Source: Alphaproteobacteria bacterium (GTDB lineage: Bacteria; Pseudomonadota; Alphaproteobacteria; GCA-2731375). Taken from it: DNA of 64,000 nt. The notes beneath the pieces are model-generated. The model was not told the DNA's origin, did no database searches, and worked only from the letters and a program-made list of their open reading frames with translations. The stretch covers positions 4,896,001-4,960,000 of the forward strand of contig CBDDPY010000002.1 of the NCBI GenBank assembly GCA_965232515.1, in the 5' to 3' direction. Both the position numbers and the translations under genes were made by a program. This document shows positions 11,404 to 21,391 of the stretch, one piece after another. How positions within the stretch are numbered: the first letter of the stretch is position 1; each line of letters opens with the position of its first letter.

Positions 11404-13377
11404 ATGTCGGATGTGAAGGCGTCGTTGCAGGCGCACGACACGTTCCCGAAACTGCTGCTGCGCAACGCCGGCAAATTCGGCGACCGGCCGGCATTCCGGG
11501 AAAAGGATTATGGCATCTGGCAATCCTGGACCTGGGCCGAGATGGCGGCCGAGATCCGGGCTTTTGCCTGCGGTCTGACGGCGCTCGGCGCCGCCCGCGG
11601 CGACAAGATCGCGATTATCGGCCAGAACCGTCCGCAGCTTTATTGGTCCTTCGACGCCATCCAATGCATTGGCGGCGTGCCGGTGCCGCTCTACGCCGAT
11701 TCCGTGGCCGACGAGATGGCCTACGTGCTCGAGCATGCCGAGGTCCGCATGGCGATCTGCGAGGATCAGGAGCAGGTCGACAAGGTGCTGAGCGTGATGG
11801 ACCGGGTGCCGACGCTCGAGACCGTGGTCTACAAGGACACGCGCGGCATGCGGCACTACCAACAGCCATTTCTGCATGCGCTTGACGACGTGCAGACGCA
11901 GGGCCGCGACTACGACCGCCAGCATCCGGATTTCTTCGAAGGCGAGGTCGCGGCCGGCAAGGGCAGCGACGTCGCCATCATCGCCTATACCTCGGGCACG
12001 ACGGGCAATCCCAAGGGCGTGATGCTCAGCTTCGACAACCTCACAACCTCGTGCCGGCTGGCGATCGAGATGGAGGGATTGACCGAGAAGGAGGAGATTC
12101 TGGCCTACCTGCCGCTGGCCTGGGTCGGCGACCACTTCTTCTCCTACGGCCAACACCATATCGCCGGGTTCACCGTGAACTGCCCTGAGAGCAGCGATAC
12201 GGTGATGATGGACCTGCGCGATATCGGGCCGACCTCGTTCATCGCCCCACCGGCGATCTTCGAGGGTTTCCTGACGCAGATCCAGATCCGCATGGAAGAC
12301 GCGAGCCGCATCAAGCGTCGGCTCTACGGCTTTTTCACCGGGATCGCCAAGCGTTGCGGGCCGGCGATTCTCGACGGCAAGTCGGTCTCGGCCGGCGACC
12401 GGCTGCTCTACAGCATCGGCGAACTGCTGATCTATGGGCCGTTGAAGAACAATCTCGGCCTCAGCCGCATGCGCATCGCCTATACCGGCGGCGCGCCGCT
12501 GGGCGAGGACGTGTTCAGTTTCTACCGCTCGATCGGCATCAACCTGAAACAGCTCTACGGCCAGACCGAGTCCTCGGCTTACGTCTGCATTCAACGCAAC
12601 GGCGGCGTGAAGCCCGACACGGTCGGCCCGCCGGCGCCCGGCGTCGATGTACGCATCACCGACGAGGGCGAGGTGATCTACAAGAGCCCGGGCGCGTTCG
12701 TGGGCTATTTCAAGAACGACGAGGCCACGCGCGAGACCCTCGACGACGAGGGCTGGGTGCATACCGGCGACGCCGGCATCATCGACGACGACGGCCATCT
12801 GAAGGTCATCGACCGCGCCAAGGATGTCGGCCGGCTCAACGACGGCACGCTGTTCGCGCCGCAATATATTGAGAACAAGCTGAAGTTTTTCCCGTACGTC
12901 AAGGAAGCGGTGGCGCACGGCGTCGACCGCAACTACGCCACGGCCTTCGTCAACATCGATCTTGAAGCGGTCAGCAACTGGGCCGAGAAGCGCGGCATCT
13001 CCTACACGAACTACACGGATCTCGCCTCGCGGTCCGAGGTCTACGAATTGATCAAGGGCTGCATCGAGCAGGTGAACACGGCGCTGGCGCAGGATTCCGC
13101 GCTGGTCGGTTCCCAGATCCGCCGCTTCCTGGTGCTGCACAAGGAGCTCGACGCCGACGACGGCGAGCTGACCCGCACCCGCAAGGTTCGCCGCCGCATC
13201 ATCGCCGAGCGCTACAAGCCGATGATCGACGCGCTCTATTCCGACGCCGAGAACGTTTCGGTCGAAACCCAGGTGACCTTCGAGGACGGCCGCACCGGCA
13301 CCATGCGGGCCGATCTCAACATCGCGCCGGCCGAGACCTATGGCGCCGGCGCCGCGCCATCGGCAAAGGCGGCCTGA
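11404..13377 (+). CDS. Long-chain-fatty-acid--CoA ligase (AMP-binding)
   Basis: YTSGTTGNPKG, YGQTE, HTGDAG and ELTRTRKVRR motifs; start re-picked at ATG 11404 after AAGGA. Confidence 0.92.
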   Translation: MSDVKASLQAHDTFPKLLLRNAGKFGDRPAFREKDYGIWQSWTWAEMAAEIRAFACGLTALGAARGDKIAIIGQNRPQLYWSFDAIQCIGGVPVPLYADSVADEMAYVLEHAEVRMAICEDQEQVDKVLSVMDRVPTLETVVYKDTRGMRHYQQPFLHALDDVQTQGRDYDRQHPDFFEGEVAAGKGSDVAIIAYTSGTTGNPKGVMLSFDNLTTSCRLAIEMEGLTEKEEILAYLPLAWVGDHFFSYGQHHIAGFTVNCPESSDTVMMDLRDIGPTSFIAPPAIFEGFLTQIQIRMEDASRIKRRLYGFFTGIAKRCGPAILDGKSVSAGDRLLYSIGELLIYGPLKNNLGLSRMRIAYTGGAPLGEDVFSFYRSIGINLKQLYGQTESSAYVCIQRNGGVKPDTVGPPAPGVDVRITDEGEVIYKSPGAFVGYFKNDEATRETLDDEGWVHTGDAGIIDDDGHLKVIDRAKDVGRLNDGTLFAPQYIENKLKFFPYVKEAVAHGVDRNYATAFVNIDLEAVSNWAEKRGISYTNYTDLASRSEVYELIKGCIEQVNTALAQDSALVGSQIRRFLVLHKELDADDGELTRTRKVRRRIIAERYKPMIDALYSDAENVSVETQVTFEDGRTGTMRADLNIAPAETYGAGAAPSAKAA

Positions 13378-13382
13378 CCCCG

Positions 13383-14216
13383 ATGACCGATATCGCTGCC
13401 GCCACCGACGCGCCGGCCGCCGCCGACGCCGTGCCCGTCACGTCCCAGGGCGAGATCCTGCTCAACGTCGAGAATATCAGCCTGTCATTCGGCGCCGTGC
13501 AGGCGCTGACAGACGTCAGCGTCGCCATCCCGAAAGGCAAGATCTTCTCGATCATCGGCCCGAACGGCGCCGGCAAGACCTCGCTCCTGAACTGTATCAA
13601 CGGCGTCTATCACCCGCAGAAGGGCCGCATCACCTTCAAGGGCCAGACCCGCAGCCAGATGAAGCCGCACGAGGCGGCGGCCCAGGGCATCGCGCGGACC
13701 TTCCAGAACGTGGCGCTGTTCCGCGGCATGACCACGCTCGACAACATCATGACCGGCCGCAACCTGAAGATGGAATCGAACTTCCTGCTGCAGGCGCTGT
13801 GGTGGGGCCCGGCCAAGAAGGAAGAGCTGCGGCATCGCGAGTTCGTCGAGCACATCATCGACTTCCTCGAGATCGAGGCGATCCGCAAGACGCCGGTCGG
13901 CCGGCTGCCGTACGGCCTGCAGAAGCGCGTCGAGCTCGGCCGCGCGCTCGCCGCCGAACCGGACCTCCTGCTGCTCGATGAGCCCATGGCCGGCATGAAT
14001 CTCGAGGAAAAAGAGGACATGTGCCGTTTCGTGCTCGACACCAACGACGAGTTCGGCACCACGATCGCGCTGATCGAGCATGACATGGGCGTGGTCATGG
14101 ACCTGTCCGACCATGTCGCCGTACTGGATTACGGCCGCAAGATCGCCGACGGACCGCCCGACGCGGTCCGCAACGACCCCGATGTCATCGCCGCCTATCT
14201 CGGCGTCAGCCATTGA
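13383..14216 (+). CDS. Branched-chain-type ABC transporter ATP-binding subunit (LivG-like)
   Basis: GPNGAGKT Walker A, LLLLDEP, IEHDM. Confidence 0.92.
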   Translation: MTDIAAATDAPAAADAVPVTSQGEILLNVENISLSFGAVQALTDVSVAIPKGKIFSIIGPNGAGKTSLLNCINGVYHPQKGRITFKGQTRSQMKPHEAAAQGIARTFQNVALFRGMTTLDNIMTGRNLKMESNFLLQALWWGPAKKEELRHREFVEHIIDFLEIEAIRKTPVGRLPYGLQKRVELGRALAAEPDLLLLDEPMAGMNLEEKEDMCRFVLDTNDEFGTTIALIEHDMGVVMDLSDHVAVLDYGRKIADGPPDAVRNDPDVIAAYLGVSH

Positions 14217-14259
14217 CGCCGTCATGAAGCCGAACATCACGACCTGGAGCCGCTGACCC

Positions 14260-15201
14260 ATGCTTGACGTGATATTCACCGATCCGCTTTTTGCGATCGA
14301 AGTCGTCACCAGCGGGCTGCTGTCCGGCATCATGTATTCGCTGGTGGCGCTCGGTTTCGCCCTGATTTTTAAGGCTTCGGGCATTTTCAATTTCGCCCAG
14401 GGCGCCTTCGTGCTGTTCGCGGCGTTGACCTTCGTCAGCCTGCTGGAGATGGCGCTGGGCGCCGGCTGGAACTGGGGCTTCGCCTTCGTGCTCTGCCTGC
14501 TGGCGGCGCTCGCCGGCATGATCGCCTATGGCATCGCCGTCGAGCGCGTGGTGCTGCGGCCGCTGGTCAATCAGCCGCTGATCATTCTGTTCATGGCCAC
14601 CATCGGCCTCAACTTCTTCACCGAGGGCTTCGCGCAGACGCTCTGGGGCTCTCAGGTGCATCCGCTCGACCTGAAGATCCCCGACGAGCCCTGGCAGGAA
14701 CTGGGCGAGGCCACGGGGCTTTACCTCAGCTATTTCGAGATCATCGCCGCGGTCATCGCCGGCGTTCTCGTGGCCGGCATCGCGCTGTTCTTCAACAAGA
14801 CCAAGGTCGGCCGGGCGCTCCGTGCCGTTTCCGACGATCACCAGGCGGCGATGTCGGTCGGCATTCCGCTGCAGCATATCTGGGCCATCACCTGGGCGGC
14901 CGCCGGCATCATCGCGCTCGTCGCGGGCATGCTCTGGGGCGCCAAGCTCGGCGTGCAGTTCAGCCTGTCGCTGCTGGCGTTGAAAGCTCTGCCGGTGCTG
15001 ATCATCGGCGGTCTCGACTCGATCACCGGCGCCATCGTCGGCGGCCTGATCGTCGGCGCGTCCGAGAAATTCGCCGAGGTCTTCATCGGCTCCTATTTCG
15101 GCGGCGCCATCGAGAACTGGTTCCCCTACATGCTGGCCACGGTCTTCCTGCTGTTCCGGCCGCAGGGCCTGTTCGGCGAAAAGATTATCGACAGGGTCTA
15201 G
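14260..15201 (+). CDS. Branched-chain-type ABC permease (LivH-like)
   Basis: YSLVALGF...FNFAQG and RPQGLFG motifs; multiple TM segments. Confidence 0.92.
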   Translation: MLDVIFTDPLFAIEVVTSGLLSGIMYSLVALGFALIFKASGIFNFAQGAFVLFAALTFVSLLEMALGAGWNWGFAFVLCLLAALAGMIAYGIAVERVVLRPLVNQPLIILFMATIGLNFFTEGFAQTLWGSQVHPLDLKIPDEPWQELGEATGLYLSYFEIIAAVIAGVLVAGIALFFNKTKVGRALRAVSDDHQAAMSVGIPLQHIWAITWAAAGIIALVAGMLWGAKLGVQFSLSLLALKALPVLIIGGLDSITGAIVGGLIVGASEKFAEVFIGSYFGGAIENWFPYMLATVFLLFRPQGLFGEKIIDRV

Positions 15202-15205
15202 CCGC

Positions 15206-16270
15206 ATGATTTACCGCGAAGCCGGCCAGTTCAAAACGTCCTACGGCGCCGACGAGGCGATCTTTCCGATCAACCAGGACCGCTGGTTTATCTACGCTTT
15301 CCTGGCCGTGGCCTTTATCGCCGTGCCGATCTTCGCCAGCGAATACCTGCTACATTCGGTCATCATTCCGTTCCTGATCCTGTCGATCGCGGCCATGGGC
15401 CTGAACATCCTGCTGGGCTATTGCGGGCTGATTTCGCTCGGCACCGCGGCCTTCATGGCGGTCGGCGCCTTTGCCGCCTACAAGATCGCCATCGCCGCGC
15501 CCTGGATGCCGATCATCCTGGTGTTCATTATCTCGGGCATCATCACGGCCGTGGTCGGCAGCGTCTTCGGCCTGCCCAGCCTGCGGATCAAGGGCTTTTA
15601 TCTCGCCGTGACCACGCTGGCGGCGCATTTCTTCATCGAATGGACGATCACGCACTTCGGCTGGTTCACCAACTATTCCTCGTCGGGCGTGATCTCGGCG
15701 CCGCCGATGTCGGTCCTCGGCTTTCCCATCGTCAGCGCGGAATCGCGCTACGTCTTTACGCTCGGCTTCGTCGTTGTGCTGGCGCTGTTGATGAAGAACC
15801 TGGTGCGCAGCGAGATCGGCCGCTCCTGGATGGCGATCCGCGACATGGATGTGGCCGCCGAGGTGATCGGCATCCCGATGCTGAAGACCAAGCTCTTGGC
15901 CTTCGCGATCAGCTCGTTTTATTGCGGCGTCTCCGGCGCGCTGTTCGTGTTCGCCTATCTCGGCACGGTCGAGCCGCAGGGTTTCGATATCCTGCGCGCC
16001 TTCGAGGTGCTGTTCATGGTCATCATCGGCGGCCTCGGCAGCGTCATGGGCTCGTTCTTCGGCGCCGCCTTCATCGTCATGCTGCCGATCGCGATCACCA
16101 ATCTGGCGACCGTGTTCGGCACGGCGATTCCGGCCGAAGTGCTGTCGAACGTCGAGCTGATGATCTTCGGTGGTTTGATCATTTTCTTCCTGATCGTCGA
16201 GCCCGCGGGCCTCGCCCGGCTCTGGCAGATCGGGAAGGAAAAGCTCCGTCTCTGGCCGTTCCCGTACTAG
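15206..16270 (+). CDS. Branched-chain-type ABC permease (LivM-like)
   Basis: GLNILLGYCGLISLG and LRIKGFYLAVTTL motifs. Confidence 0.92.
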   Translation: MIYREAGQFKTSYGADEAIFPINQDRWFIYAFLAVAFIAVPIFASEYLLHSVIIPFLILSIAAMGLNILLGYCGLISLGTAAFMAVGAFAAYKIAIAAPWMPIILVFIISGIITAVVGSVFGLPSLRIKGFYLAVTTLAAHFFIEWTITHFGWFTNYSSSGVISAPPMSVLGFPIVSAESRYVFTLGFVVVLALLMKNLVRSEIGRSWMAIRDMDVAAEVIGIPMLKTKLLAFAISSFYCGVSGALFVFAYLGTVEPQGFDILRAFEVLFMVIIGGLGSVMGSFFGAAFIVMLPIAITNLATVFGTAIPAEVLSNVELMIFGGLIIFFLIVEPAGLARLWQIGKEKLRLWPFPY

Positions 16271-16382
16271 CAGATGGGGATCTGGGCACGGCTGGCCGGG
16301 GTTTGCACCGCATGCTAGGCTGCATGCATCTTCAGAACAGTCCGGCGATCTGTCGATCGACCGGGCGCTAGGGAGGACAATT

Positions 16383-17708
16383 ATGGGAATTCAGAGGTTA
16401 GCTCTGTCGGCCCTGGCCGTTGCCGCGTTCAGCCTTCAGCTCGGCGGACCGGCGGCCGCGCAGGACGAAAAAGACACCCAGTTCTTCGCGATAAACGCCT
16501 ATTGGACCGGTCCCTATGCCGCGGGCGGCTCGGCCTTCGGCGGCGGCATGATCGACTACTACAAGATGCTGAATGCGCGCGACGGCGGCATCAACGGCGT
16601 CAAGATCACCTGGGAGAAGTGCGAGACGCAGTACAAGAACGACCGCATCGTCGAGTGCTATGAGCGGCTGAAGAACCGCGGCGCCGGCCTCGCGCTGTTC
16701 CACCCGATGAGCACCGGCGGCACCTATGCCGTGTTCGAGCGCGCCTGGCAGGACAAGATCCCTGTGTTGACGGTCGGCTATGGCCGCACCGACGGCTCCG
16801 ACGGCCGGGTCTTCCCCTATCTGTTCCCGATGCTGACGAACTACTGGTCGCAGAACACGGCCAAGATCAAGTTCATCGGCATGCAGGAAGGCGGCATGGA
16901 GGGCCTGAAGGGCAAGAAGATCGCCAACGTTCACCATGACTCCGCCTATGGCAAGGAGACCATTCCGGTCCTCGAAAAACAGGCCGAGAAGTACGGCTTC
17001 GAGGTCAAGCACTACCCGGTCGTGCATCCGGGTCTGGACCAGAAGGCGATCTGGCTCCAGATCGGCCGGCAGTACAAGCCCGATTGGGTGATCCTGCGCG
17101 GCTGGGGCGTGATGAACCCGACGGCGCTCAAGGAAGCCAAACGCGTCGGCTTCCCGCGCGACAAGATGGTTGGCGTCTGGTGGTCCGGCGCCGAGGAAGA
17201 CACCGTGCCGGCCGGTGACGCGGCCGAAGGCTACATCGCCGCCGGTTTCCATGGCTCGGGCACCGATTTCGGCGTGGTTCAGGACGTGCTGAAGCATGTC
17301 TACGACGCCGGCGAAGGCGAACTGCCGCGCGAGCGCGTGGGCTCGATCTACTACAACCGGGCGCTGGCCTGGGCGATCGTGTCGTCGGAAGCCGTGCGCG
17401 AGGCCATGAACATGTTCGGCAACCGGCCTGTCAGCGGTGAGGAAGTGCAGCAGGCGCTCGAGAAGCTCGACATGTCGGCCGATCGTATCGCCAAGCTGGG
17501 CGCCACCGGCCTGGTGCCGCCGTTCAAGCTGAGCTGCAAGGACCACGAAGGCGGCGCCGCCGTGAAGTTCCAGCAGTGGAAGGACGGCAAGTGGGTCGAG
17601 ATCACCGACTGGGTCGCGACCGACAGTGCCATGGTCCGGCCGATGATCGAGGCCTCGGCGGCGAAGTACGCCAAGGAAAAAGGCATCAGCCTGCGGTCCT
17701 GCTCGTAA
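16383..17708 (+). CDS. ABC transporter substrate-binding protein (Liv-type periplasmic binding fold)
   Basis: GGAGG RBS; signal peptide; NARDGGINGVKI motif. Confidence 0.9.
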   Translation: MGIQRLALSALAVAAFSLQLGGPAAAQDEKDTQFFAINAYWTGPYAAGGSAFGGGMIDYYKMLNARDGGINGVKITWEKCETQYKNDRIVECYERLKNRGAGLALFHPMSTGGTYAVFERAWQDKIPVLTVGYGRTDGSDGRVFPYLFPMLTNYWSQNTAKIKFIGMQEGGMEGLKGKKIANVHHDSAYGKETIPVLEKQAEKYGFEVKHYPVVHPGLDQKAIWLQIGRQYKPDWVILRGWGVMNPTALKEAKRVGFPRDKMVGVWWSGAEEDTVPAGDAAEGYIAAGFHGSGTDFGVVQDVLKHVYDAGEGELPRERVGSIYYNRALAWAIVSSEAVREAMNMFGNRPVSGEEVQQALEKLDMSADRIAKLGATGLVPPFKLSCKDHEGGAAVKFQQWKDGKWVEITDWVATDSAMVRPMIEASAAKYAKEKGISLRSCS

Positions 17709-17725
17709 GGCAAGGAAATGCCGCA

Positions 17726-17763
17726 GCCCTCACCGCCGATCGTGCGCGCTCGGCGGTGAGGGC
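17726..17763. other. Intercistronic stem-loop after the binding-protein gene
   Basis: gccctcaccgccga / tcggcggtgagggc inverted repeat with no U-tract; probably an mRNA stability element. Confidence 0.55.
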
Positions 17764-17810
17764 GGCAGCGCCTGCCTCTCGGTCCAAAGTCAAAGGCAAT
17801 AGAGTAAGTT

Positions 17811-18620
17811 ATGACCACCGAGCCCCTGCTGTCGGTCAACAACATCGAGGTCATCTACGACCACGTAATCCTTGTCCTGAAGGGGGTCTCGCTGTCGGTG
17901 CCCGAGGGCGGCGTCGTCGCGTTGCTCGGAGCCAACGGCGCCGGTAAGACGACGACGCTGAAATCGATTTCCAACCTGCTGCAATCCGAGCGTGGCGAGG
18001 TCACCAAGGGCGTGATCACATATGGCGGCGACAAGGTCAACGGCCTGCCGCCGTCCGAAATGGTCAAGCGCGGCGTCGTCCAGGTCATGGAAGGCCGCCA
18101 CTGCTTCGAGCACCTTACCGTCGAGGAGAACCTGCTGACCGGCGCCTATACCCGCGGCGACGGCCGCGCCGCGGTGCAGCAGGATCTCGATCTGGTCTAC
18201 ACCTATTTCCCGCCGCTCGCCGAGCGCCGCGAAAGCCAGGCCGGCTATATCTCAGGTGGCGAGCAGCAGATGACGGCGATCGGCCGCGCGTTGATGGCCA
18301 AGCCGCGGCTCATTCTGCTGGACGAGCCGTCCATGGGCCTGGCGCCGCAGCTGGTCGAGCAGATCTTCGAGATCGTCTCGCGCCTGAACACGGAAGTCGG
18401 CGTCAGCTTCCTGCTGGCCGAGCAGAACGCCACGGCCGCGCTGCGCTTCGCGGATTACGGCTATGTGCTGGAAAACGGCCGCGTGGTGCTGGACGGCGAC
18501 GGTAAGGCGCTGTCGGAGAACGAGGACGTGAAGGAATTCTATCTCGGCTTCTCCGGCGGCGACCGCAAGAGTTTCCGGGACGTCAAGCATTACCGTCGGC
18601 GCAAACGCTGGCTGGCCTGA
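17811..18620 (+). CDS. Branched-chain-type ABC ATP-binding subunit (LivF-like)
   Basis: GANGAGKT, ISGGEQQM, LDEPSMGLAP. Confidence 0.92.
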   Translation: MTTEPLLSVNNIEVIYDHVILVLKGVSLSVPEGGVVALLGANGAGKTTTLKSISNLLQSERGEVTKGVITYGGDKVNGLPPSEMVKRGVVQVMEGRHCFEHLTVEENLLTGAYTRGDGRAAVQQDLDLVYTYFPPLAERRESQAGYISGGEQQMTAIGRALMAKPRLILLDEPSMGLAPQLVEQIFEIVSRLNTEVGVSFLLAEQNATAALRFADYGYVLENGRVVLDGDGKALSENEDVKEFYLGFSGGDRKSFRDVKHYRRRKRWLA

Positions 18621-18698
18621 CCGTTCCGTCGATGCACGGCCGCCGCCTCACGCTGCGGCCGTCGTTACCTATGGTCATCTGACAAGGGGCCCGAGACC

Positions 18699-19943
18699 AT
18701 GAGCGGCGCTGACACCTATTACGACGATCTCGAAACCCGCGATCCGGCGGCGCGTGAGGCCGCGCAGATGGACGCGCTCAGCAGTCAGATCGCCCACGCC
18801 AAGCGGAATTCCGACTATTACGGACGCATCTTCGCCGACGTTGAGCCCGGCGAGATCAACAACCGCGAGTCGCTGGCGCAATTGCCGGTGCTGCGCAAAT
18901 CAGATCTTGCCGCGACGCAGAAGGCGGCGCCGCCGTTGGGCGGCCTCAACGCCGTGCCGCTGACCAAGCTGCGGCACATCTTCGCCTCGCCCGGCGGCAT
19001 CTACGAGCCCGATGGCTATGCCAAGGATTATTGGCGCTTCGGCCGGGCGCTCTGGGCCGCCGGCGTGCGGCCGGGCGACATCGTCCACAATACGTTTTCC
19101 TATCACCTGACGCCGGCGGCGCAGCTCGTCGAGAGCGGCGCGCACGCCATCGGCTGTCCCGTATTTCCCGGCGGCGTCGGCAATACCGAGATCCAGATCC
19201 AGGTGATCGCCGATGTCGGCTGCACGGTCTATGCCGGCACGCCGTCCTTCCTGCGCATTCTGCTGCAGAAGGCGAAGGAGGCGGGCACGGACATCTCCTG
19301 CCTGAAGAAAGGCCTGGTCGGCGGTGAGGCGCTGCCGCCCAGCCTACGGCAGGAGCTCTCGGGCTACGGCGTCGATGTCCTGCAGTCCTATGGCACAGCG
19401 GACCTCGGATCCGTCGCCTACGAGTCGTCGGCCATGGAAGGCATGATCATCGACGAGGGCGTGCTGGTCGAGATCGTGCAGCCGGGCACCGGCGATCCGG
19501 TCGCCGAAGGCGAGGTCGGCGAGGTCGTCGTCACCACCTTCAGCGAGGTCTATCCGCTGATCCGGTTCGCCACCGGCGACCTCTCGGCCGTGCTGCCCGG
19601 CGCCAGCCCCTGCGGCCGCACCAACATGCGCATCAAGGGCTGGATGGGTCGGGCCGACCAGTCGACCAAGGTCAAGGGCATGTTCGTGCATCCGAGCCAG
19701 GTGATGGACGTCGCCCGGCGCCATCCCGAGATCAAGGGCGCGCGCCTGGTCGTCGACAGCGTCGACAACACCGACGTCATGACCTTGAGATGTGTCGTCG
19801 AGGCCGGCGACGAGAGCCTGAGCCAGGCCATCGCCGAGAGCATCCAGACGGTTACCAAGCTGCGTGGCGGCGTCGAGTTCGTCGCCGCCGACGCTCTCCC
19901 GGCCGACGGCAAGGTCATCGACGACATCCGCAGCTACGAGTGA
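18699..19943 (+). CDS. Phenylacetate--CoA ligase family protein (PaaK-like)
   Basis: GTPSFL, YPLIRFATGD and GRADQSTKVKGMFVHP motifs. Confidence 0.85.
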   Translation: MSGADTYYDDLETRDPAAREAAQMDALSSQIAHAKRNSDYYGRIFADVEPGEINNRESLAQLPVLRKSDLAATQKAAPPLGGLNAVPLTKLRHIFASPGGIYEPDGYAKDYWRFGRALWAAGVRPGDIVHNTFSYHLTPAAQLVESGAHAIGCPVFPGGVGNTEIQIQVIADVGCTVYAGTPSFLRILLQKAKEAGTDISCLKKGLVGGEALPPSLRQELSGYGVDVLQSYGTADLGSVAYESSAMEGMIIDEGVLVEIVQPGTGDPVAEGEVGEVVVTTFSEVYPLIRFATGDLSAVLPGASPCGRTNMRIKGWMGRADQSTKVKGMFVHPSQVMDVARRHPEIKGARLVVDSVDNTDVMTLRCVVEAGDESLSQAIAESIQTVTKLRGGVEFVAADALPADGKVIDDIRSYE

Positions 19944-20006
19944 CGCCTCACTGTTCGCTTCGGCTTTCAAATCCGTGAAGGAACGCGATCGGCCGTCGCC
20001 ATCGGC

Positions 20007-20038
20007 GTCATTCCGGCGAAGGCCAGAATCCAAATGAC
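20007..20038. repeat. REP-like element (GTCATTCCGGCGAAGGCCNGAATCCA family), single half
   Basis: gtcattccggcgaaggccagaatccaaatgac immediately upstream of ccmA. Confidence 0.65.
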
Positions 20039-20047
20039 ATCGCCAAC

Positions 20048-20662
20048 ATGACCCTGGTCGGCGAGAACCTGACCTGCATCCGCGGCGAGCGTCCGGTATT
20101 CGCCGGCCTGTCGTTCGAGATCGCGCCGGGCGGCGCGCTTTTGCTGCGGGGGCCGAACGGGGCCGGCAAGTCCAGTCTGTTGCGCATCGCCGCGACGCTG
20201 TTGAAGCCGGCCGACGGCCGCCTGCTGTGGCATGGCCAGCCAGCCGCGGACGACATCGAGGCCTATCGCGGCGCGCTCGAGTATGTCGGCCACCTGGACG
20301 CCGTGAAGCCGGTCCTGACCGTGTCCGAAAACGTCGCCTTCTGGACGCATTTGCGGGGTCGGGGCGATGTCCAGGCCGCCCTCGAACGCTTCGGCGTCGC
20401 CCATCTCGCCGAGGTGCCGGCCGGCATGCTGTCGGCCGGTCAGCGCAAGCGCGCGGCCCTTGCCCGTCTGCTCACGTCGTCGACCCGGCTCTGGTTGCTG
20501 GACGAGCCGACGGTGTCGCTCGATACCGATGGCGTCGCCGCCCTGGAAGCGGCCATCGCCGCGCATCGGGCCGGCGGCGGCATGGTCATGCTGGCGACGC
20601 ATGTCGACCTCGATCTCCCGGATGCCGCGGCGCTGCGTCTCGGCCGGCGGGCCGCGGCATGA
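20048..20662 (+). CDS. ccmA: Heme exporter ATP-binding protein CcmA
   Basis: GPNGAGKSSLLR, LSAGQRKR, LWLLDEP; first gene of the ccm cluster. Confidence 0.93.
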   Translation: MTLVGENLTCIRGERPVFAGLSFEIAPGGALLLRGPNGAGKSSLLRIAATLLKPADGRLLWHGQPAADDIEAYRGALEYVGHLDAVKPVLTVSENVAFWTHLRGRGDVQAALERFGVAHLAEVPAGMLSAGQRKRAALARLLTSSTRLWLLDEPTVSLDTDGVAALEAAIAAHRAGGGMVMLATHVDLDLPDAAALRLGRRAAA

Positions 20663-21324
20663 GGGAATTCATCGCCATTATCGGCCGCGATCTGCGCATT
20701 GCCGTGCGTCAGGGCAGCGCCACGGTGCTGGTCGTGGTGTTCTTCGTCATCACGGTGACGCTGTTCCCGCTCGGCGTCGGACCGGAACTGAACATTCTCG
20801 CCCGGATCGCGCCGGGCGTGATCTGGGTCGCCGCCTTGCTGGCGGCGCTGCTGTCGCTCGACCGGCTGTTCCAGGCCGACCTGGAGGACGGCAGCCTGGA
20901 ACAAATGGCGCTCGCCGGCCCGCCGCTCGAGATCGCCGTGCTGGCCAAGGTCGCGGCCCATTGGCTGACCACGGGCGTGCCGCTGATCGTCGCCGCCCCG
21001 GTGCTGGCGGTGTTGCTGAACATGGACGGCCGGGGATTCCTGGTATTGGTCGTCGCCATGGCCCTCGGCACGCCGATTTTGAGCCTGATCGGCGCCATCG
21101 GCGCCGCGTTAACCGTGAACATCCGGCGCGGCGGCGTGCTGCTGTCGCTCCTGGTGCTGCCGCTCTACGTGCCGGTGCTGATTTTCGGCGTCGGCGCTAT
21201 TGACGCGGCTGTGTTTGGCCTTGGGGGGCAGGCCAATCTATTGTTACTGGGCGCGCTGCTGCTGGCGGCTGTGACCCTGTGTCCGCTGGCCAGCGCCGCC
21301 GCATTGCGCTTGGCGCTGGAATAG
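20659..21324 (+). CDS. ccmB: Heme exporter protein CcmB
   Basis: ATGA overlap with ccmA; LFQADLEDGSLE and LPLYVPVLIFG motifs. Confidence 0.93.
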   Translation: MREFIAIIGRDLRIAVRQGSATVLVVVFFVITVTLFPLGVGPELNILARIAPGVIWVAALLAALLSLDRLFQADLEDGSLEQMALAGPPLEIAVLAKVAAHWLTTGVPLIVAAPVLAVLLNMDGRGFLVLVVAMALGTPILSLIGAIGAALTVNIRRGGVLLSLLVLPLYVPVLIFGVGAIDAAVFGLGGQANLLLLGALLLAAVTLCPLASAAALRLALE

Positions 21325-21391
21325 GGCCAAACGCCGCAGTATCTTGCGGTTTTGCGGCGGCGTCGCTATGTCAAGGTCAACAGGTCGAGGT

